From: Vicugna vicugna
Taxonomy: Eukaryota
NCBI GenBank assembly: GCA_013265495.1
Contig: MU058257.1
Coordinates: 317,418-381,417 of the forward strand
Direction of reading: 5' to 3'
DNA length: 64,000 nucleotides
Made by a program: the position numbers and the translations under genes. The notes beneath the pieces are model-generated. The model was given only the letters and a program-made list of their open reading frames with translations, was not told where the DNA came from and did not search any database. How positions within the stretch are numbered: position 1 is the first letter of the stretch; every line of letters begins with the position of its first letter. Of this stretch, positions 22,346 through 34,710 are shown piece by piece.

Positions 22346-25242
22346 TTCACAAAATTTTATCGTGGTGGAAGAACGAGAAGAGCACTGGACCTGACACCAG
22401 AAGACCTGGTCTGAATCTCTAAATCACCGGACTTGATTTGTCCAATTACATGTCCTTCGAACTTTCTCTTCTTTCTGTTTTCTCCACCTTTTTGAATTGG
22501 TCTCACCATCCATCCACCCAGTTATCTAAACAAGAAACTCAGGAGCCATCAGAATTGCACACCTATCAATGCTTCACTGCCCCCAGCTAGTGAGTCATCA
22601 CATCTTATTGATTCTATTTCTTCAATCTTTTTAAATGCTCTGTTCTCTCCATTCCTGCTCCTCCCACCTTTGGCCGACATCTTCTGTCACCTGGACTACT
22701 CCAACAGCCTTCTCTAAGTCTTCTGTTGCTTTAGGCTAGTCCCTCTCAACCTCACATCGTGGGTGTGGTGTTCCTTTAAAAAAAAACCCTCATGCCACTC
22801 CCCTGCTCTAAATCACGGAACGGTTAATTACTGCACCACGGTAGCAAACACATACGCAATGCTCTGTGAGTGCCAGGCACTGTCCTAAGAACCGAGGCTG
22901 CATTAACTCCAATCCTTACATCAGTCTACGTGACAGAGGAGGGAACTGGGCACAGAGAGGTAAAATGATATGCTGAAGGCCATGCAGTTGGGACTGAACA
23001 GGGGGATTGGCCCCAGGGCCTGTGCTTACAGCTGTCAGAGCCCACCTCCAGCCCCTGACCCACTCCTGTCCTCTGGTATCACTGCAGTGCCTGCAGGTCC
23101 TCTGGGCCTTCTGGCAACGCCTTCCATCTAACTGGGCTCTGGAAACCCTCGTCCTTAAAGACTCATCTCAGCCATCACTGCTTCTTTAAAGTCTTCCTGA
23201 CCCCCCACCCACACTACGACCCCAATAGATGAGTATCTTGACGCTGTTTTCATTTTGTATAATATATATGCATTTTTGTGTTTTTTGAGACATCAGTCAC
23301 ATACCATGTGATTCATCCACTCAACGTGTACTATTCAGTGGGTTTCAGTATATTCACAAAATTATGGCTGTATTAGAATCATGCCTTTGCCTTGAGGTGG
23401 GGGACGTGATACTCTGGGGTATAACACCACGAGGAGGCCACTTCTGCAGCACAGCCAGCCGTGGTGAGCAGACCCAGAGGCGGGGGGAGCTGCAGGTGCA
23501 AGAGGGGGAAAGAGGGTGCAAAGTGTGGACGCCGTTGGGTCTGGAGGGAGAGAAAGTTCTGAAGGAACTGAGAGATTATACTTAGAGACCAGCTATGGTC
23601 AGACCATTCCTTAGAGCAGACCAGTGTAACTGGTAGAAATCTCAGGTGACCAGCTTATGTAAGCTTATTTTTCCAGAACTGAGTTTACATCCCATTTCAA
23701 GCCTCCATCCTCCATTCAGCGATTTCTGGATCTCCTGCCGTTTTCTTCCTGGCTGGGTCTGAGAGGACTTCCTGGGGTTTGAGCTTCTTCCCCAAACCTT
23801 TCTGCGGGGACAGTGGATGCAGTGTCCAACCTGGGGCGGAAGCTACTTCGGAGATGTCGGACAGGTTTACCAAAAGCTGGTTAGCCAGTGACTAGCACAG
23901 GTGCCTGGCTCAGAGTAGGGGTTTGATGAATATTCATGGTTGAAATGAATGGAACTAAAAAAGACAGCAAGAATTAAGGTATTTCACACAGCCACTTCCC
24001 CGCCTCACGAGTCCCCTCAAAGTTGCTCTGTTCTGCAGCCCTTCCCTCTTCTAGGTGACGGCTGGTTAATCCTGACAGCTGACTCCTTGGTGACATGCCC
24101 TCATGGGTGCTGCCCCTCCTGGTCGATCATGCAGGGCCCACCCCCACCTGGTTAAGGGGGGTCAACCGTGTCGAAGGGAAGCCCTCTGTGTGCTCCCGCC
24201 ACCACAAGCCGGCGCAGGTGTCCCCAGCACTTTCCTCCACTGGAAAACAGCCCATTTTTGTTTGCTCTGTCTTGGTTATTTTTCTGTTACTAACATTCTT
24301 TTCCTGCCAGTGGGCCAAGCACGTGCGGGGAGTAACTACACATGTCTAATGGAAGGGGCGCTTCATGTAGGTGGGTCTAGCGATGGTCACCGTTAGGATG
24401 ATTCTGAACGATGCCTGCAGGCGACTCTTCTGGATGGTTAGAAATAAATGACAAAGTCAAGATGGAAGCTTCGAAGGGACTGGGCTCTGAGGACCCCATG
24501 GGGCTCTGATTCCTTCATTCCTATTTCTGGGAGCACGTTTCCTCCCCGACACGGGTGGGCCTTTGAGAGGTACGCCCAGCGGTGGGGCTCTTCACACACG
24601 GCTGCCTCTCTTCCTCAATGTCTTGAAAAGGCGCTGGGACCCCAGGCCAAGGGGTCTATCCTTTGCTTGACAGCGAGCAGCGGCTGGGGATGCGTCCAGG
24701 TGGGGAGTGCCACCAGGATGGCCCACAAGTCTGTGTGAGTGTCACTCTGATGGGGGTCTTCCAGCCTCTGCAGCCCCTCCCGACCTGACCTCTGAGCCGG
24801 AGTCCCCCATGACGCCCTCCTTCTCCCCCAGCATGCTTCAGCCCCCAGAGCCAGAGCCCCCACCTCCCCTGAAGCAGATGCCAGGAGCTCTCTGAAACTC
24901 GCCCTTCATCTTTGGAATTCTGACTCTGAGGCCAGGCATTCCAACAGCAACTCCTTGGGTGCAGACCTTGGAAAGGCCACTTCAGGACTGTCCCAGCCGG
25001 GGCCCCGGTGACAGGCTCTGCTTCTGTGAGGTTCGCAAGGTGCCAAAAACATCTCCAGTGCTTCAGAAGAAGCAGCCAATGGAAGCCACAGCCGGGACCC
25101 CTCCCGCTCCCCTCGGTGGTATCCCGGCCTTCTCTCTCTCTCTCTCTCATCCTGCCTGAACAGGAGTGAGGACCGGCAGCCACAGGGTCTACAGAACCCT
25201 CTCTGCCCATCGTTCCCAGATGGAGCCTCAGCCTTTCCAAAC

Positions 25243-25303
25243 ATGGCCTGGAGACAGCTGGTCCTCACCTCCTGCCTCTCGGCTGCTGCGGTGCTCCTCT
25301 CCA
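25243..25303 (+). CDS. UCMA: UCMA coding exon 1
   Basis: caaac[24 protein letters not shown]; donor GTGAGG. Confidence 0.92.
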
Positions 25304-28300
25304 GTGAGGATGGGGAGGCCCCAGGATGACCCCGGTGTCAGGTGTCAGGTGAGGCTGCACAGGTGGCCCTGGCAGAGCGGGCTGCGTGTGTGTGTTTAGG
25401 TGTGTAGGGGTGTGTATAACACAGCATAGCACAGAGGAAACAGCGTGCCTGGTGGTTTCTGAGGGAGATCGGCTCTGTGGCTGGTATTTGAGGCACCAAG
25501 GAAAGCCACAGAGCCTGGGGAGGGCCGTCCCAGCCCGGCTCGGGGTGTGGGCTCCTCCCAGGGTGCTGCCGCCCTCACGCTGCGCTCTCACCCCACAGTG
25601 CTGCAGGAGGGGACCGGTGTGTCGGTGGGCACCAGGCAGGTGGGAGGACAAGAGGCCCAGGAAGGTGAGTGCAGGGGCCACCCAGGGGTGCAGGGCGGAG
25701 GGGCTGGCTCCTGCGGCAGCCCAGCTGAGCCCCCACTGGTTGTGACTGGCCTCTCTCGGGTTTCAGGTGTGGAAGAGATTTTCATGTGGGAATCAGATGC
25801 CTCAAATTTCCTTAAGAAGCGTGGCAAGCGGTCCCCCAAATCCCGAGATGAGGTCAATGGTAAGGATGCTGGAGGCCTGCCTTCTGCTCTCGCCTCCTCT
25901 CCTGTCCCTTCTCTGTCCCACAGTCAGCTGGGCTGCGGGGACCGCCAGGGACCCAGGGCTCAACCTAGGCCCTTGGGTATCAAAGTGACTGCAGCTTTGA
26001 ATTAGAAGTTACACGTTTCCTCAACTGGAGGTCAGTCTTTGGCTATGCTGTCGGCGTAAGGAACAGAGAGGGACAGCGCCACACAGAATGACTTCAGTGA
26101 TGGACTGCATCTCAATTTCTGAAAGTTACAAGTGTCAGGGGGGAAATATGTGTTCTGGTCAAGAGGGGACACAATAACCGGGGTAATCCACGGTACTCCC
26201 TTCCAGGCAAGAGGGTGGCGCTGCCGGCAGGGAGAAGGCACACAGGACTGGGAGCAGGGAATGTGGGTTTGGTGACAGCTTTGCTGCTAAGTGGCCTTGA
26301 CCACTTCCTCTCCTTGAGCCCGTTTCCTTATTTATAAGTTCTTGAAAGAGCGTGTTCAGCCAGCAGTGTTTGTAGAAGTTTTCACTTCCAACGCATTGGG
26401 GAGGCTTTTGAGTTTGGAAGCATGTCTCCTTCTTAGCCTGGAGCGGGTCCTGGTACCCCCTGCCTGGCAGGGACTCTCATTTTCATGACCTTCTGACCCT
26501 TGAAGGCATTTGAGCTTTCTGCCCTTGAACTAGATTCTTCCAAGGACCCTGGGCTCTGACTGTCTCTGAGTCCAAGTCCTGCTTCATCACTTGCGTGTGT
26601 GTCTGAATAAACTCTGTGTGCCTCTCGGCACACTCAGCAAGGTCACTTACTCAGTGAAAACAGCAAGACTGTTTTCAAATGATGGGCAAGAAGCAGTATG
26701 GAACTTGGGCAGCTCCTGATGGAAATGAGAGAAGCAACCTTCTGGCAGACTTCCAGGAGGAACAGGCGTGAATTTAGGAGGCAAAGAGTTTCCATCCTCC
26801 AAGCAGATTCAGAACAGCGAGGGGTGTGATGAAGCCAGGGGTCTATCTGTCCCCCGGGACGGAAGCTCAGTGTGTCTGTCGTGGGGTCCCTGGTGAACAC
26901 CTAGGATGCACCTGAGTTCATCTGCTGTCACCTGGGCAACTCTAGTGATGGGCAAGAGAGTAATGCCCAGTTGTGTCTCAGGTCCACTAAAGGCAAATGA
27001 CACTTTGATAAACTTGAATTTGGAACAAGAAAACAGGCATCTCCTGTCTCTAAGCTTCTGGGTAAACACGCAGGTTACTTTAGGGTGAAAAGAACTAATC
27101 CGAGGAAATGCATGTTCCTGAGTAGGGATGTAGCCTATGCAGAGGGTGCACAGTATAAAAATAGCACCTTGTCCCGAGATTTAAATTCTTATTCATTGCC
27201 GAGTCAGAGGTCCAATTTGTGACACCTCTAAAAAGGCAATTTGGGAAGATGGTTTCCTTTCCGGAGTACACAGAAATGGAGAATGCTTCCTTAGGAGTTG
27301 GTGGTGGCTTGTTAAGCACCCGCTTCCTAGACTCTTAAGCCTCTAAGCCCTCTGTCCTGCCCTGCCCGCTACTTGACCCTCTGCCGGCAGCCTTCTGGTA
27401 CCTGGAGCCTTGAGCAACATCGCAGCTTATAGTGGGCTGTAAGGGGGATGTTCTGGGTCAGTCCCAGCTCTGCCCTGACCAGCTGTGTGACCTTGATTAG
27501 GTCACTACACCTCTCCGAGCCTGAATCCTGTCCGAAGAAATGTGAGGGTGTGGGGCAAGGGGCGTGGCACGGGGAAGGACTGGATGGCGTACCAATCCCT
27601 TCTGCCAGACGAAAGACCGCACAACTAACTACGTAGCTAACGGCGCAAGTGTGGGAAACACATGGGAGTTTCCTAAGGAATTCGCACTGAGACCAGTTCA
27701 GATGACGTGATTTTTAACCTGAGTTAAATTAAGTCATATAAAATAGTATCAGTAACCAGTATTTATATAATGTGATTATTACTGGAGGCTCCTACTTTCA
27801 AGGAGGATTGGAGATGGTTTATGGCGCCATCGTCTCACAAAGGCATGTTTCAGGTTGCTTCTCCCATCACCCTGTCACGTGGGTGGGACAGGAAACCAGC
27901 GTCCTGCCTCAGTTTCTCTGCTTCCATCATCAGCGCCCCCACCTTGCACCACGTAGCTGGTGGGGACAGCAGCACCTCAGTCTCCCTGCTTTGACGGTGG
28001 GGTTCCCACCGTGGGAGAGTGAGGCATTGAGGGGCCAGTCCTCCTGTACCACCCATGGCCTTCCTGCCTTTGTGGATTTTTCCAGCTAAAGCCCAGTTGA
28101 AAGAAATGTTTTATGACTAACAGAGCTTTAAATAAGCTCCCCCAGACAACCACAGTTCTCACACCAAAGAGATCAATGTAAAGACTTGAGGGCAGAAATG
28201 GATGAACCTAGAAACTGATTTATTTTACATCTAAAAATCTTAAATCTAGATTGTTGGGGGTGGCACTACATTAGAGCAGGTGAGGAACAGCTGTACTGGC

Positions 28301-31300
28301 TGGTGAGTGGGACGTGGTAGCTCAGGTGGCCACCCCCCACCCCAACCCCTCGGCAAACGTCACTGCTCAACAGCCAAGGAACGGTCACCATATTCATGTG
28401 CTCTCAGAGACAGTTTTGTGTTATCATTGGAGTATTTCTTCCAATGAGAGGTGCACCTCCAATTTTACAATATGGAACTGGGATTCCTCCTAAAAAGGTT
28501 TACAGCCAACTTACTGGAATGCATTGCCTCACAAAGTAAGGAATACCTGTGGTTGGTATTTTCATCATCAGGGAGTTTACCTCATCACCCCATATCCTGT
28601 ACTAGAAATCTACTGCTGTGTAACAAATGAGCCCCAAGTTTAGCAGCTTGAAACAACTAACGTTTATTGTCTCACAGTTTCTGGGGTCTGAGTACAGCTT
28701 GGCTGGTAGCCTTGAGCTCAGGGTCTCTTGAGAGGCTACAGTCAAGCTGGTGGCTGGGGCTACATTCATTTCAAGGCCTGACAGCGAGATTTGCTTTCAA
28801 GCTCATGCATGTGGCTGTTGGCAAGCTCCAGGTCCTGGTGACTACTGGTCAAGGACACCAGTTCTTTGCCATGAATGGGCCTCCCCACTGGATGGCTTAC
28901 ATCATGGCAGCTGGCTTCCCTGAGCGAGAGCAAAAGTGAGAGGCAGACCAACCCAAGACAGAAGCCACAGTCTTGTTTGTAACCTTATCTTGTAAGTCGT
29001 GTTCCACTTTTGCCATGTTCCGTCCTTGAGAAGCCAGTTAGCAGGCCAGCCCATGCCGCTGAGGGAAGGGACTCACCCAAGGGCGTGACTATCGGGATCA
29101 TCTTAGATCCCCCATCACGTGCCATCACTGTGCCCGGTGGGGATTCTCATCATAGCGGCCCGAATGCTGGGTGCAACTTATCTTTTTATCTTTCTCCTTA
29201 AGTGGACCACAGACCTCGTGGGCAGAATCTTTTGTGCTTTTTTAATCACAGGGCTTAGCATGCATTTTGGCTGTGACAGGTGCTCAAGGCTGCTGAACGG
29301 ACTTGCAGGTATTAGTGTGAAATTAACGTTAGGTGGCTTATTCCCTCACGGAATTCATTTTTGATCACCGGGTTTTCAATTTCCGAGAGGCCCAGCATAC
29401 TTGGATAGATACACCACTCATCCTACGAGGGAAGCTAAACTGTGTCACCTTTTGGGGAGGGTCTCAATCCCTTCACCCACAAAACGAGGTGGCTGGATGA
29501 GATGACCCCCACGTCCCGCAGGTTTTAAAGTCTATGTCAGGAGTGAACCATCACTCTCACCCCCGCGCAAGCAGCCCCTTCCCCACTCATGCAAGGGCTT
29601 AGGCAGAATGACTGGTGTTCCCCTAAACGCGTGCAGCTGTCCCTGCTCTTGGGGGCAACCCTCGCCTCTTCCCCCCTTTCCCAGCGGAGAACAGGCAGCG
29701 GCTGTGGGCTGACGAGCTGCGGAGAGAGCATCACGAGGAACAGAGGAACGAGTCTGAGAACTTCGCAGAGGAGCAAAACGACGGTAAGAGCTCTTCCGCC
29801 AGCATCTTCGCTGGGAGCGGGGCTTTGTGGGAGAAGCACGCGATCCGCCTGCACTCCTCCCTAGATTTGTATTAGAGGAGGGAGGTAAGAGCCGCTCTGC
29901 TTTAAATTCCTTTCTATGGGAGTCTTGGGAAAAAGAGAAAAAGGCACAAAAATGGCTATAGAACTTGAGAAGCAAGGAGAGAACAGAACACCTACGGCAC
30001 CACTGGATTGGGGCCGTAAGGCTGGGCGAGTTTTTGGCTGACAGTATGTTCTCCTCCCACTTGGGGTCACCATGGTGGACTGCGTTGTCTTAGCACCCAC
30101 ACTAGTGGCTTAGCTCCCGTGGAACTGGGTTGGGAGGATTTCAAACTCACTTTCAAGTGGCTTGGACTTACACCAATGTCACGGCTCTGGGAACACAGGC
30201 CTTTGCTTGCCTAGTCAACATCTGGGGACTGGTGGAAGCAAACCAGGACAGCTGAACTCAGAAAGCACTGGTCACAGGGCCTCCCGGACGCTCCCCACCG
30301 CCAGCATCAACATCTACGGCCCACCTGAAGGCCCCCCTCACCCACAGCATCGGGCCCCTGCAACGTGCTTCCTCACCGGCTGCTGCGAGCGTCTTGTTTG
30401 CTAAGCCTCTGCCTTTGCAGAGGTGTCTCTCCCAATCCCACCCTCTCGCCTTGGGAGACAGGGCCCCACTGCAAGTGCTGATTTCACTGAGGCCTCTGGG
30501 TGTGGGCATGGGTGCGGGTAGAGGAAGGTTCTACTTAGGAACCACAGCCTCCCACGGGGGATGGGGTTTGACTGTGTACCGTAAGTGTCCTTACATGTTG
30601 CCCATAGCAAAAAACCCATAGAACATTTAGCAGGGACCAGACCAGGTAGGCCATTGTGTGTGTGTTATTACTTTTTTGGTCTTTCCTGAAAATTCAAGAT
30701 TGAAATGCTCCTAACTAAGGTCCAGGAGGCACATGAGCTTGGACATAAGGCCCCAGTTAAGGTGACCTTTGTTAGAGAAAGCCCACAATCTCAGTTCTCA
30801 AGTAGTCAGCCCCCTCGCTCGCCTGCTCTGGTGGATTTGGGAGGCAACACGCTCGCAGGGTGCCTCTTAGTGAGAAGGACACGGCCACCAGGCACCAGGT
30901 GGAGGCAGGCGGTGCCCACTGCCTTGCAGGTGGCGCCTGGCTGCAACCTGCAGACAGATGTTGGGCAGGATCCTGGCAAGCTGAACATCCCAGAAAAAAC
31001 TCAGACTGCTGTAACTCAGAGGCAAATACTTCTGCTGGAGATTTGTTTACCTTGGTGGACAGCTTGGGGAGAAGCATTTAAAAAATGAGAATGTGGTTTC
31101 TAAAATTCCTTCAGTGGTTTTTCCCCCCAAATTCATGGTATTAATAACAGCATTTTATTTTGTGCAGTTTAAAATGTTTCAGGTCCAAATCCCTAGCATA
31201 TGGGTGGAAAGCATTCAGTTTTCTCTTACATGATGAATTAGGATGAAGGGTTAGGCACGTAAGGGATGACCGATCCTCCGCCAATACCAGCGGAGATGAA

Positions 31301-34300
31301 GGCCGGGGGCCTCGGGCCTTGCCCACAAAGAGGAAGATGTTGCAGGGCAGGGCGTAGGCCTCTGGCGGCTGCAGTGACAGCAGCCGTCGTCATTGCCTGG
31401 CTGTCGAGCGCTGGCTCTGCCGGGTGCTGCCCCAAACCTTGTCATCCATGTGACCAGCCTCTCAGGTCTCACAATGTCCATTTTACAGTTTCAGAACTCG
31501 GGCTTAAAAAGGATATGTGAATACTCACGGAGACAAAGCTAGTAAGGGATTTAAACGAAGGCGTGTTTGCCAGCGAAGCCCGGGTTCCTGCAGATGAAGG
31601 ATGACCGGACTGCAGTGGTCTTGAGGGGCTTCTTCCATCGGAGGCCGGGCCCACGAGGATGCAGGGAGGCGGGGCGTGCAGAGGCGCAGAGGGGTCTCCC
31701 CAGAGCCTGACAGAGGAAGGAGGCATCGAGGTGCAGCAGGCCCAGCCTCTGCCTTAGGGTAAATGCTGCCCAAGGCAAAACTCCTCTTGCCTCTGCCCCA
31801 GGACAGGCCACTGCACGGTGACTAGGTTGCTGGAAACCTCCACCGTGGGCAGTGCTCAGAGCCCTTCTCTGGGGCCCCCACACCCTCTCGGTCAGGACCC
31901 TGGGTTCGGTTAGGTAGCTTGACCTGACGATGTCACAATTTTCGGAATACCTGATGGCACTTGGATGCCCGCCCTCTCCCCGAGGTACTTGCTTCGTAAG
32001 AGCGAATGCTGACAGATTACTATAGGTGACTGGAAGGACTCGAGTTCCAGTGGAGGAATATCTGGTGGTCTGGAGAGAGATTTCTGGACAAGAGTGACCT
32101 TCCTGAGGGCCTGAATACCCCATCTTTATCAAAGGCCCCTCTGCCAACCCACCCAGGACACTGGCCCTCATCTGGGGAAGAAGTGGCAGGGTTAGAGAGT
32201 CACTCGGCCCAGTCCTGGCTCCTGGTTGTAACTCTCCTTAAAACCGCCAGTGTCACAAGGCAAAAATAACATTGAGCTCTGCTCTGAAAGCTCTGGGATA
32301 AGCAGTGTGCTGAGCTTCCACTTGTAAGGCCTACATGGTGGCCCAGGTCTGCTTCCACCTTCAAAGCCAGAAGCCTGGGTCAGACCAGCTGAGGTTGGCC
32401 ACATGACGTCTTGTCACAAGTGCTCCCTACACGAAGGCCAAAGGGTCCAGGCCTTGGGTCTTTACCAGGGAAATCTCCCCTTTGACTAAATGAAATGGTC
32501 TAAGAAGAGTCTGGCTTGACCTGAAGATAAAAAAATCAACTTCTTTGTCAAAAATTGTTTTCTCAAGACTGGCGAAGAGCAGCTGCTCTATGTGGCCCGA
32601 GAAAGGTCCGAAGGCTCACACCCAGAGCCCCAGCCTGGCTTGGCTGGGCTCCTGGCTGGCCCTGAGACACCGCGTCCCTGAGAGGACTCTCAGAGCCCGG
32701 GGCAGCACTGACCCCAGGCTCACACAGAAGGAAGCGTTCCCAGCAGACACGGTGCCTCCACACCCAGCAGTTACAAGGCCCCTTTCTGCTGAGGTCACCT
32801 GGCTCTCACAGTGGTAAGGACCACAGGCTTTTGGGGTGAAGCTCACACTTGAGAAAACAGAGGCAAGGAAGTCATTTTGGGTTTTGAATCTTTGCAATTC
32901 TTCTATTAACTTTCCATCCTCCTAACATTTTCCCCAAATACTTTAAAAAAAATTGTGGTAAAATAATACAGAATATAAAATTTGCCATCTTACTTATTTT
33001 TAAGTGTACGATTCAGTGGCATTTAGTACATTCACAACCATCACTTACTATTTATTTGCAGAACCCTTTTAACACCTCAGACACACTTGGCACCCATTAC
33101 GCATTAACACCCCGCTCCCCTAGCCTCTGGTAACCTCTAACGTGGTCTCTGTCCCTGCAAATTTGACTCTCCTACGTGCAGTCACACACTATTTGTCTCT
33201 GTATGTCTGGTTTATTTCAGTTAGCATGTTTCTAGGTTCATTCATGTTGTAGCATGTATCAGAGAACACCACTCCTTTTTATGGCTGAATAATACATATA
33301 TACACACATACGTTCATGTCTGTCTGTCTGTCTGTCTGTCTACCTATCGATCTCACAATTTGTTTATCTATTCATCTGTTCCTGTTTTCAGAACTGCTGA
33401 GTTATCTTAATTCTGTTTCACTTTTTGAGGGGCTTCATGGGTGCTTTTTAAACACTGACAGCCTTGTGACAGCTGCTAGTGCTTTAATGGTCCCTAACAC
33501 TGAGCGACAGGCGGCCTTGAAGTGGCACCGGGAGCCCAGTTCTACAGCCAAACAGAGGTGTTATTCAGAAAATTATCTCATCAGAGGCAGAAAACCCGGG
33601 GCTTTCTTGCTCACGAAGAACTCCCCTCTGTTCCTTTCAGCCCTTTACTGTGAACCATTTCAAACACACGGAGAAGCACACGGTACAACGACCCCCCGTA
33701 CAACCACCACCCAGAATCGGCGGGTACCAAGACTTTCCCCCACGTGCTCCATTCACCCCTTTGCCCAGTTAGTTTTAAAAACATAACTATTTTTAAAGCT
33801 TAGAAAATACAGAACAGTAAGAAAGAAAACCTCACTTGTAATCCCATTACTCAAAGTTGACAATTATCTCCTTCCGTGATTTTTTCAGCAGCGTGGCCTG
33901 CAGTCTGTTTTTGCTGCTACTGTGATTTCTGTGATGTGTTTCTTAGCTGTCAAGTCTCCGGGCCAGTTTCTGCACACTGCTCCCTGCGCCCCTCTGCTGG
34001 TTGTGCAGGGAAGAACACTGAACGTAATGCAGGACCTGGTCTTGTCTCTCTTGGCAACCAGCTCTGTGACGCTCACCTGTCCAGGCCTGATCATAAAACG
34101 AGGCCTTTGGATTCAGCGTCCTCTGGACCCTCCTGGCTGGGGCATTCTGTCTGCCGTCCATGCTCACAGGGACAACTGGTTCCTGTCACCTCGGGGCAGG
34201 CACTTTGGGTCCACAGCTGCCAAGAGAGCTCGGTGGCTCTCTCCAGATCAGAGTCCCCCATCCTCACACAATGACTTCATCTCTCATCCCCAGAACAGGA

Positions 34301-34391
34301 AGAGAGAAGCCGGGAGGCCATCAAGCAGTGGCGCCAGTGGCATTATGACGGCCTGTACCCCTCCTATCTCTACAACTGCCACCACATCTGA
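25243..34391 (+). CDS. UCMA: UCMA / Gla-rich protein, complete 5-exon CDS, 138 aa: join(25243..25303,25599..25664,25767..25859,29685..29783,34294..34391)
   Basis: All introns are GT-AG and phase 1; total 417 nt. Signal peptide MAWRQLVL..., propeptide ESDASNFL, furin site RGKR, Glu-rich mature peptide, C-terminal [14 protein letters not shown]. Convergent with MCM10 as in human. Confidence 0.96.
25599..25664 (+). CDS. UCMA: UCMA exon 2
   Basis: ccccacAG | [22 protein letters not shown] | GTGAGT. Confidence 0.94.
25767..25859 (+). CDS. UCMA: UCMA exon 3
   Basis: tttcAG | [31 protein letters not shown] | GTAAGG. Confidence 0.95.
28600..29105 (-). mobile_element. MaLR (MLT1-type) LTR in UCMA intron 3
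   Basis: Typical antisense MLT1 start ctgctgtgtaacaaat...gcttgaaacaac...tttattgtctcacagtttctg. Confidence 0.72.
29685..29783 (+). CDS. UCMA: UCMA exon 4
   Basis: tttcccAG | [33 protein letters not shown] | GTAAGA. Confidence 0.95.
32940..33380 (-). mobile_element. Old L1 3' fragment containing a (TCTG)n microsatellite
   Basis: Antisense L1 3'UTR motifs (ttgtggtaaaata, ttttaagtgtac, atggctgaataata). Confidence 0.75.
34294..34391 (+). CDS. UCMA: UCMA exon 5 (coding part)
   Basis: atccccAG | [32 protein letters not shown]. Confidence 0.95.
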
Positions 34392-34704
34392 CCTCAGCCT
34401 GACAGACCCAGAAGACGAAGCCTGAGACGCCCCACCCACCCCCGGTGTTCGGGTACTTCTCTCCTACACAATCAGGCCCCTTCCCAGGGCCTCAGCTTGG
34501 GGCCTGCAGTGGGACACACACATACCTTCCGTTCTGATGGATTAAAACGCCCTGGCTTCTGCTTCTTGGCAGATGATTTTCTGGGTGAGCAAAGGCTTGT
34601 GAGGCCTCCTAATGTCAATCCTACATGGTTTCCCTTTGCTTTGCCACTGTTCCCAAGGTGAGACTCCTGTCCCATAGAACGATCAGTCTGCTTATAGTTC
34701 ATAA

Positions 34705-34710
34705 ATTAAA
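34705..34710 (+). terminator. UCMA: Probable UCMA polyadenylation signal (ATTAAA)
   Basis: ATTAAA ~315 nt after the stop, followed by GT-rich ctctgtattgtct. A second ATTAAA lies at 34541. Confidence 0.5.

Noticed and set aside
30705..32897. ORFs up to 206 aa in UCMA intron 4
   Set aside because: Low-information Pro/Ala/Arg/Gly-rich translations overlapping on both strands, with no homology I recognise.
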